DNA from: a virus
Taxonomy: Duplodnaviria > Caudoviricetes
Direction: 5' to 3' (one strand)
Length of the DNA stretch: 64,000 bases
Virus record (IMG/VR): IMGVR_UViG_3300037424_002485
Location: 24,022-88,021 of that record
Every line of letters starts with the position of its first letter. The stretch's first letter is position 1. Positions 57,454 through 64,000 of this stretch are shown one piece after another. The notes under the pieces were generated by a model, which searched no databases, was not told the origin of the DNA, and saw only the letters and a list, made by a program, of their open reading frames with translations. The position numbers were made by a program, and so were the translations under genes.

Positions 57454-59276
57454 TGCGAACCTCCTCTAAAAAAGAATATTCTTCTGCGTGCAGCGAGTAG
57501 CGATCGTATTACAGTGGTGATGAGGGTTGAGAACATTGATTCGGATATACTTATCGCTTCATTTATTATTTGTATGAGGGGTCTTATATTCCAAATAGAT
57601 TCCGTAATTTGTACGGTCTCGGCCAATACTCTACGAATCGATAATGATATCAACGATCCGCCGCTACCGCTTCCCCAAAATTCTTGTACCTGTACCAACT
57701 CGTTTACTATCTTTTGATAAATCCATTTATTCCAAAAAGATTCGGTGATCTGAACAGACTCATTTATAAACCTACTCATATCCCGCCATTTAAAAACCAC
57801 CTCGGCTATTTGCACTGATTCTGTTACCACCAAATACAAAAAACGAGTTATTATTTTTAATGTATTCTCCGCTATCTGAACCGACTCGGAAACTAATCTC
57901 AGCATAACGCGCACACGGACTATCGACTCCGCTATCTGTATCGATTCTATGAATATACGATAGATTAATGTTCGCTTTAATAACGCCTCGCCTATTTGGA
58001 CGGTCTCGTTCAAAGGACGAGTCATACCCATCGCCCTCAGCGTGACCTCAATGATCTGTACGCTCTCATTCACGAACTTTAATAAAAATCGCTGTATTAA
58101 AGTGGATAAATTCTCGGCTATTTGAACGATTTCGTTTATAAATCTATAGATACCCAACCGTCCGAGCAACGATTCAGCAACCTGAATAGATTCTACGATC
58201 AAACGAACCATCATTCTCAAACGATAAATTGATTCGCTCACCTGCACGCTTTCAGTGGCTATTCTACCCATTATCATAGTCCGTGATACAGTCTCACTAG
58301 TTTGCAGGGACTCCGAAATCGCTTTATATACAACAGCACCACTCGCTACATACTCATCGGCCCCAATATCCCATGATCCGCTGCGCGTCTGGCCGTCGAT
58401 GTCATAGTTAAACGCGTAACGAGAATCGCCGCTCAGGTCGGAACCGTGATCTTTGGCATACGTATCACCAGATGCCAAGTGAAAATCATCATTAGCCGCA
58501 TCGACAAACGAGACTGTTGTTGCCAGCCCTTGCCGATAGCTTGGTGAGATATTTGCATCGGTATCGCCAGCAACATTTGATATGTTGTAGTCGCCGGTCT
58601 GCCAACAGTCGTACCCGTCCGTACAACCCTGCGCGATATTGTTATGATGGAATCCTGATTCAGACCTAGACCCATAGGTACAATCGACTAAAGTATTATT
58701 TGCAACAAGGCCCGAAGCTCTGTTGGTATCCCAATTGAGAGCAAGTCCACTGCAACCAGTTCCAATAAAATCATAAATGATATTATTTATGATGTGGTTA
58801 TATCCTGTGCAAGAAGAGTTAAAAGTGATTCCACCGCAATCACTTATTGTTCTGGAATTCCCCTTCTTTATGACGTTGTTTCGGATGATGCAACCAGTTA
58901 CTGCAACACCAGAAATAGCATTAGCATAACTGGTCCGATTGGCATGGTCGGGCATTGTTACTTGCAGAAACTCAATAACCGTGTAACTTGCAAGTTTTAG
59001 TGTGAATCCCTCGTCAGCCGTTGAGGAAAGTCGGTATTTATTCGCATTCCACTTACCGTCGTGTCGTTCTGCTGGTGGAACGGTAATAGTTATGTACCGC
59101 GTAGCATCCGTCGTCCAGCCATCAATTGCAACCGGCGTCGTATCCTGCATGGCATAACACTCAATGACAAGCTGCCTGTCGAGCGCAACAAGGTCTCCCT
59201 GCTCCCCGGCCTCTGCTGCCGCCAGACTGGTATAATCGCCGCCACTTGGCTTGACTGTTACTGTGCGTAATGCCAT
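57450..59276 (-). CDS. beta-helix (pectin-lyase-like) protein fused to 13 ES[VI]Q[IV]xE repeats
   Basis: GDYTSL, IRNN/IINN/VANN stacks, DFHL, DIDGQTRSGSWDIGADEY, then repeats of about 20 aa. Confidence 0.7.
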   Translation of the reverse strand: MALRTVTVKPSGGDYTSLAAAEAGEQGDLVALDRQLVIECYAMQDTTPVAIDGWTTDATRYITITVPPAERHDGKWNANKYRLSSTADEGFTLKLASYTVIEFLQVTMPDHANRTSYANAISGVAVTGCIIRNNVIKKGNSRTISDCGGITFNSSCTGYNHIINNIIYDFIGTGCSGLALNWDTNRASGLVANNTLVDCTYGSRSESGFHHNNIAQGCTDGYDCWQTGDYNISNVAGDTDANISPSYRQGLATTVSFVDAANDDFHLASGDTYAKDHGSDLSGDSRYAFNYDIDGQTRSGSWDIGADEYVASGAVVYKAISESLQTSETVSRTMIMGRIATESVQVSESIYRLRMMVRLIVESIQVAESLLGRLGIYRFINEIVQIAENLSTLIQRFLLKFVNESVQIIEVTLRAMGMTRPLNETVQIGEALLKRTLIYRIFIESIQIAESIVRVRVMLRLVSESVQIAENTLKIITRFLYLVVTESVQIAEVVFKWRDMSRFINESVQITESFWNKWIYQKIVNELVQVQEFWGSGSGGSLISLSIRRVLAETVQITESIWNIRPLIQIINEAISISESMFSTLITTVIRSLLAARRRIFFFRGGSQ

Positions 59277-59720
59277 TTACAATGCTCCCGTTTCGTCAAG
59301 CCCGGTTTCCTGATTGCGAAAATAATTTCTAACCTGCGCCCAGGTATAATCTGCCGTACCTGAATATGTTCCGGCCTTGATTGTAAGTACCCCGGTATTC
59401 GTCAATTTTGTTCTGGCTGCTGCTGGAAGATCGGCCCAACGGATAATCCAATTACGACGGCGATACGTTACCATGTGAGGGGTGAGACCATCCTCCATGA
59501 ATCCATCTTGCACCATATGGGGCTGCATATACTTCTGCGCTTTTTCAACAGGGATAGTTGGTATTTTTATAACTACAAACTTTGGCGGACGCTCCAGCGC
59601 ACCCCACGGATGACCGTCTGGCATAACCACGACAACCATCCCGTGCTTATAGCAACCGCGCCGGTCTTTATCTGGGTCCGCATTTACAGCATCTATAGCT
59701 TTTACGAGTAGTTCACACAT
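59277..59720 (-). CDS. phage hypothetical protein
   Basis: ELLVKA..GCYKHG.VVVV.PDGHPWG..E. Confidence 0.6.
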   Translation of the reverse strand: MCELLVKAIDAVNADPDKDRRGCYKHGMVVVVMPDGHPWGALERPPKFVVIKIPTIPVEKAQKYMQPHMVQDGFMEDGLTPHMVTYRRRNWIIRWADLPAAARTKLTNTGVLTIKAGTYSGTADYTWAQVRNYFRNQETGLDETGAL

Positions 59721-59724
59721 AGTT

Positions 59725-59859
59725 TTACGATGGGTCTGCTATCTCAATGTCCCATGCCGGCACAGTCACGGTATTTCCCGCCGTCAATGCTTGCGACGTG
59801 CAGGTCGTGACGTACAGCAGGGCAGACGCTAAGTATTGGTCATGGGTCAATATTGACAT
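59725..59859 (-). CDS. 44-aa ORF, probable shortened virion-protein remnant (absent from ORF track)
   Basis: RBS ggag; MSILTHDQYLASALLYVTTCTSQALTAGNTVTVPAWDIEIADPS. Confidence 0.45.
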   Translation of the reverse strand: MSILTHDQYLASALLYVTTCTSQALTAGNTVTVPAWDIEIADPS

Positions 59860-59873
59860 TACACACGCTCCAT

Positions 59874-60293
59874 TTAAATTTTAGTCCACGGAATATAGTA
59901 TGTCGGACTCGTTCGGTTGTCCGTGGTGGTCAGATACAACGTAATCGTGCCAGTTGATCCCGATACCAAGGCCGGATCAAAAGAGATATTTACAATGTTC
60001 CATGGAGTGATTGTATTCCCTACGCCTACCGCCTGTGAGGTTAACGTGATGTACCCCAATCCGATCACGGCAGTCACGGTTTGACAATGCGTCCCGGATA
60101 CAGTTGCTGATGCATCGAATGTATTGGTATGACCGCTTACCAAGGATAGATGCGTCGGGGTAAGACCGGACATCAGCAGGGGATCAGTTGAGCCGCAGTC
60201 CGATTGTGCGTTCTGGGTAACTGAAACAGGGGGTCCACATCCCGCCATCGCGATCAGCAGCAACAGCACCGATCCAATAAAAAGTTTTCTCAT
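59874..60293 (-). CDS. Ser/Thr-rich lipoprotein
   Basis: RBS aaggag; MRKLFIGSVLLLLIAMAG-C lipobox; 27% Ser+Thr. Confidence 0.65.
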   Translation of the reverse strand: MRKLFIGSVLLLLIAMAGCGPPVSVTQNAQSDCGSTDPLLMSGLTPTHLSLVSGHTNTFDASATVSGTHCQTVTAVIGLGYITLTSQAVGVGNTITPWNIVNISFDPALVSGSTGTITLYLTTTDNRTSPTYYIPWTKI

Positions 60294-60487
60294 GCGATTA
60301 ATCTCCTTTATGGGTGTGTGCCTTTTTAATCGTACCCGCGCTTCTTCTCTTGAGGCAAACGGTCCGTGGATACAATGCCAAAATTCGCCATTTGCCTCAT
60401 AAAACTTCTTGCAACTGTTCGGGGCCTTGATCTTTGCTGACTGAAAAACCACCAGTCCTATCTCGACATGGTTTCCGTAATACCACA

Positions 60488-60952
60488 CTACGGCCTGCAA
60501 TGTTGCCCGTCCGGGGCCAGCGGATCGAGCAGGTTATATGCCAGCCAATGAGCGACGCCGATGCGCCATCCGTTCAAAAAATGACTCGGCTGAGAATGAT
60601 ACAAGTATCGTTCAAGCCGCTGCGTGGCCAGCCATTCATTATTGATTTTGATATTCCCGCTTTTCAACATGACGATCTTCGGCATTTCCAGAAAGAGCAG
60701 AGTACAAACGGTAAAATTGAACACGGCGTCCATGATAATAAACACGGCGAGCAAGGGATAGCCGAGCACTTTGGCCGGAGTGGTCAAACTACCGGCGTCA
60801 CGCGCGCGCTGGAGCGCCATCATCAGGCCGAAGCCGATCCAGAGGATATAGGCAAACAAAAAGGCATAGAGCAAGATTTTCCAGATGCTGAATACCGTGA
60901 CGGCATTCAGCCACATCTTTATGCTTGACCAAATCGAAAACAATTCCATCAC
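60488..60952 (-). CDS. phage membrane protein
   Basis: Two to three hydrophobic segments; DAVFN, TQRLERY, LLDPL..HC. Confidence 0.6.
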   Translation of the reverse strand: MMELFSIWSSIKMWLNAVTVFSIWKILLYAFLFAYILWIGFGLMMALQRARDAGSLTTPAKVLGYPLLAVFIIMDAVFNFTVCTLLFLEMPKIVMLKSGNIKINNEWLATQRLERYLYHSQPSHFLNGWRIGVAHWLAYNLLDPLAPDGQHCRP

Positions 60953-60958
60953 GTTCTC

Positions 60959-61510
60959 CTATTTCTGAAAGCTCTTGAGCACGGCTTCCATCTCGGCCTC
61001 GCGGCCGTCGTGCAGGGCTTTGTTGTAGAGATAATTCAAAACGTCTTGCTTGGAACTGAAACAATACAGAACGTCACCGGGCTGTCCTGGACCGCTGCCG
61101 GAGGCGCCGGGACCGCTTGCTTTACATATTCCACCTTGATAACCTGCTTTGCGGGACACCCCGTTAAGAGCATCAAGCACAGCATTGCCGCTGCTGATAG
61201 TATCACCCGCATTGGTAAGCCCTCCTTCGGTCAACGCGCTGGTTTCCCTGAGCGCGGCTATGATATTTTCTTTTATGGCCAGGCGGGAATCGCACAGTTG
61301 TAAAGCACGACCGGCGTCGGCCCTCATCGCATCGATGGTCTTCACGTTCTCCGCGTTGGCCGCGCGCGCTTCATCGATCTGCATAACAAGAGTCTTGTTC
61401 ACGTTTTTATAATGAGACGCCGAGGCATACAACACGGCAATAGCGATTACCACCGAGGCGATTAATCCGAGTTTTATATAAGCCATGTATGGTGCGAGAA
61501 ACTTGAACAT
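60959..61510 (-). CDS. i-spanin (Rz-like)
   Basis: N-terminal TM, coiled coil, contains an embedded lipoprotein gene. Confidence 0.75.
   Translation of the reverse strand: MFKFLAPYMAYIKLGLIASVVIAIAVLYASASHYKNVNKTLVMQIDEARAANAENVKTIDAMRADAGRALQLCDSRLAIKENIIAALRETSALTEGGLTNAGDTISSGNAVLDALNGVSRKAGYQGGICKASGPGASGSGPGQPGDVLYCFSSKQDVLNYLYNKALHDGREAEMEAVLKSFQK
61036..61212 (-). CDS. o-spanin (Rz1-like), embedded out of frame (absent from ORF track)
   Basis: RBS aaggagg; MRVILSAAAMLCLMLLTG-C lipobox; Pro-rich; 58 aa. Confidence 0.8.
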   Translation of the reverse strand: MRVILSAAAMLCLMLLTGCPAKQVIKVEYVKQAVPAPPAAVQDSPVTFCIVSVPSKTF

Positions 61511-61774
61511 TTAATCCACCCCTCCGCCCGCCGGTCCGGTGATCGTCGGCAGACCGGAATTCTTTTGCGCGTGATAGAACTCGTACCCCTTCGAACCGAC
61601 ATAAGCCGTGAGGGCCGCCATGTACATCGCGGGGATGCTGCTGTCGATCTTCACCTCATTCAACGTCGCGTACCAGGAGAGTACAATCATGTTGATGGTG
61701 TACGCCCACATAATCAACTTTCCCTTGGCAAGGAAGAGTGTGGTTTTGATGATAATTTCTTTTGTGCTTTGCAT
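61511..61774 (-). CDS. putative holin
   Basis: 87 aa, two TM segments, between endolysin and spanin. Confidence 0.55.
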   Translation of the reverse strand: MQSTKEIIIKTTLFLAKGKLIMWAYTINMIVLSWYATLNEVKIDSSIPAMYMAALTAYVGSKGYEFYHAQKNSGLPTITGPAGGGVD

Positions 61775-61788
61775 CCATGTACTCCTGG

Positions 61789-62370
61789 CTACTGGTTCTG
61801 CATCACTTTCAAAATATTCATATACCGTCGCTTACAGTCCCCATCATGTGCCTGCCCATACGGCGTGTGCTCAAGTTTGAAATCCAAAACATCGATAGCC
61901 TTGAACGGCTGGCCGAGCGTGCCGAGATGCGCGATCAGTTTGTCCACGGTACGCGGGCTGTACTGATTCGCCATATCAGCGACCGCCAGAAACGCCGTGT
62001 CATCCGCCGGGGATATCCCCGCGCCTTCAAGCAACTCGGTTGCCCGGTCCAGGCAACCTTCGAGCTGATGCTGATCGTACCGCTCGACCACGTCCGCATG
62101 CGCCGCGAGTTTTGCTTCAAGCGGCTTCGGGTCGATGGTCTGCGTGATCAGACCATGAATCTCGTCCTCCGTGAATTCGCACTCGCGCAAGCATGCCGCG
62201 GCGAGCGCGTTATTCGACAGATCGAACTGAACCACTCCGAAAGACCATCCGCTCTTCCCGCTGCGCACGCCGTCCGCATCCGAGAACTGGAGCACGTATT
62301 TCATGTTCCCGCCGAGTTCGTTCAGAATAATGACCTTTCGGAAAAGTTCAGGAAGTTGTTCATTCATCAT
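61789..62370 (-). CDS. putative lysozyme-fold endolysin
   Basis: NELGG, SGWSFGVVQFD, DMANQY; lysis-cassette position. Confidence 0.6.
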   Translation of the reverse strand: MMNEQLPELFRKVIILNELGGNMKYVLQFSDADGVRSGKSGWSFGVVQFDLSNNALAAACLRECEFTEDEIHGLITQTIDPKPLEAKLAAHADVVERYDQHQLEGCLDRATELLEGAGISPADDTAFLAVADMANQYSPRTVDKLIAHLGTLGQPFKAIDVLDFKLEHTPYGQAHDGDCKRRYMNILKVMQNQ

Positions 62371-62377
62371 TCACCTC

Positions 62378-62809
62378 TCATCCCCTGTGGGCGTGCGGTT
62401 TATATTCGACATCTATGCTTCGACAAATCGGGCATAATTGACTATGATCTAATTTGTCATGGTTTGCCGTTGTCAATACCTTCTCGTGGAATTCAAATAT
62501 TTTACGCACGTTACCCTTGATTCCGGAGACCACGTAGATGATAAATCCCTGGCCCAATATGGATACGAGGCCGAGCAACCCGGCGATTATCCACCACTGT
62601 GCTTTGACTAGATCGCCTTGCGTGAGAACAGGAGGAGACACGGCCGAGTCATAAGGTGGCGCGAGTGAAAGCGCTTTGGTTTGCGTATCGGGGAGCGTAG
62701 TAGCCACGGCAACGCTCATGCCCATCCATGCGATCGCATACAGCAGCACCAACAGGACGGCATAAACTATAGGTCTGTTCCGACGATCTACAATCGAATT
62801 GAATTTCAT
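62378..62809 (-). CDS. membrane protein
   Basis: Two hydrophobic segments; C-terminal CxxC. Confidence 0.5.
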   Translation of the reverse strand: MKFNSIVDRRNRPIVYAVLLVLLYAIAWMGMSVAVATTLPDTQTKALSLAPPYDSAVSPPVLTQGDLVKAQWWIIAGLLGLVSILGQGFIIYVVSGIKGNVRKIFEFHEKVLTTANHDKLDHSQLCPICRSIDVEYKPHAHRG

Positions 62810-63138
62810 CGTTCTCCGCCGCCCGCCCCTTGAGGTTCCATCTTTGGCCGCTTCATTGTGTACGTATTATACGAACTCCGATAGACGTAATTTACTTCGG
62901 CCTTCTTACCGCTCATATCAACGACAAACGGCGTACCCGATGCCAGGTAATCGCTGAACACACTCTTCGCCGACGCCGACAGCCCGCGTTCGTACTGCAC
63001 GCCCATCGAATGGCCGACCATGTACACGGCGAAACACGATACCGCGTTCAGTGCTGTCATTATGGCGACGACGACGAATAACTGAGTTATCTGAGCGCGC
63101 CAAAAATAGCCGCGCAATAATCGCTTCGCGTTTCTCAC
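62806..63138 (-). CDS. membrane protein
   Basis: One TM segment; probable GTG start at 63138. Confidence 0.4.
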   Translation of the reverse strand: MRNAKRLLRGYFWRAQITQLFVVVAIMTALNAVSCFAVYMVGHSMGVQYERGLSASAKSVFSDYLASGTPFVVDMSGKKAEVNYVYRSSYNTYTMKRPKMEPQGAGGGER

Positions 63139-63149
63139 AGCGCCTCCTG

Positions 63150-63494
63150 TTAGCCTTCCCACAACCGGGCCTGGCAAATACCCGAGGTAAACGACTTAAC
63201 GAGCACCCTGGCGTCCACGCCGGATTCGGGTACGAGATACGCGTAATCGGTACCGCGCATCGATTCCGTACCGACAACCGCCCACGTCTGTACATCGCAC
63301 CACATATTATCGTCGCCGCCCTGCAATTTGGTCTGAAGCGCAATCGTCATGCTCATCGTAGACAACACTACGCTGGGGTTACTGATTGCACTGCCGACAC
63401 GAAATTGCATGTGGATATAGCCGCGTCCGCGTGTAGTAATTGTTGACGTGACATCGCTCACTTGGCTGAATTGTGTGAGTACAGTTACGTTCAT
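63150..63494 (-). CDS. small beta-rich putative virion protein (22% Ser+Thr)
   Basis: TQFSQVSDVTSTITT, SAISNPSVVLSTMSMT. Confidence 0.5.
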   Translation of the reverse strand: MNVTVLTQFSQVSDVTSTITTRGRGYIHMQFRVGSAISNPSVVLSTMSMTIALQTKLQGGDDNMWCDVQTWAVVGTESMRGTDYAYLVPESGVDARVLVKSFTSGICQARLWEG

Positions 63495-63504
63495 AAATAC
63501 CCCC

Positions 63505-63999
63505 TCAAAAATCTATAAGTTTCGTAAAAGGCCGCGTCTTCTCTTGCGTAAGAAAACCATCGGTTTCTACATGCAAATCGATGAAATCTAAAAACGCAGT
63601 GCCTGCGAACGTGTCGTTTACATCAGTTGGGTCGCGAAACACGGTTATTTTAACAAGCGAATCCGGTTCTGCATTGACAAACGGTATAGCCTGCGCATCA
63701 CTCGCCTCGATTATATGATGAGTGTATTGAGCGAGCGCTGTCTGTTGTAAATAAATAGTAGTAGGCGCTGGGTACGCCTGTACGTTATGACCTCGTGCTA
63801 TTGAAAACATAAGCCCCCAAACCACGTTACCCGCGGGAACGGCTTCGCTATGCGACCAGTGAATGTGAGGGTAAATAAGCGTTCCCATTTTATAATCATG
63901 TAGTATATGTATATTGGCATAGGTCTCTTTGCGTATAGCGCCGTCAACAAACCCGAGGGCGTATAAGCCGTTACGAAATTCTGATATCACCGGTGGATT
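63505..63999 (-). CDS. 5'-truncated putative virion jelly-roll protein
   Basis: Frame is open to the window edge; HDYKMGT.IYPHIHW, GNVVW, FRDPTD..DT, DLH. Confidence 0.55.
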   Translation of the reverse strand, partial: NPPVISEFRNGLYALGFVDGAIRKETYANIHILHDYKMGTLIYPHIHWSHSEAVPAGNVVWGLMFSIARGHNVQAYPAPTTIYLQQTALAQYTHHIIEASDAQAIPFVNAEPDSLVKITVFRDPTDVNDTFAGTAFLDFIDLHVETDGFLTQEKTRPFTKLIDF

Positions 64000-64000
64000 C

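Noticed and set aside
60959-61212. Frameshift error fusing i-spanin to an o-spanin tail
   Set aside because: An Rz C-terminus extending past an embedded Rz1 is the normal lambda-type layout.
1-64000. Stop-codon reassignment
   Set aside because: Conserved genes are full length in the standard code and use TAA, TGA and TAG as stops.
1-64000. tRNA or rRNA genes
   Set aside because: No cloverleaf with T-loop/D-loop consensus was found by eye in the few intergenic gaps; tRNAscan would be needed to exclude them fully.

Overview
The whole window is part of one dsDNA tailed-phage genome; no host genes, tRNAs, integrase or terminase were recognised. All assignments come from reading motifs by eye, with no database search. 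The + strand arm (1-35.3 kb) starts with the 3' half of a probable GREB1/TAGT-like glycosyltransferase. It then carries a replication, recombination and nucleotide module: beta-clamp, SNF2 helicase, DNA methylase, family-B polymerase, DnaX-like loader, radical SAM, dNMP kinase, ThyX, gp32-like SSB, RecA, RuvC, split SbcC plus SbcD, and an HNH endonuclease. Next comes an almost complete pseudaminic-acid-type nonulosonate pathway (PseB, PseC, PseH-like, PseI, SpsF/PseF, a Gfo/Idh/MocA enzyme, a methyltransferase) ending in a Maf-family protein glycosyltransferase with TPRs, its genes interleaved with small phage ORFs. A small cassette behind a consensus sigma70 promoter ends the arm. The - strand arm (35.4-64 kb) holds HK97-type head genes, a Mu-like contractile tail with a -1 frameshift chaperone, Ser/Thr-rich accessory virion proteins and a lysis cassette with embedded spanins, implying a diderm host. 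The best candidate for an undescribed system is phage-encoded synthesis of a sialic-acid-like sugar and its Maf-mediated O-linkage to Ser/Thr-rich virion proteins or a host protein.
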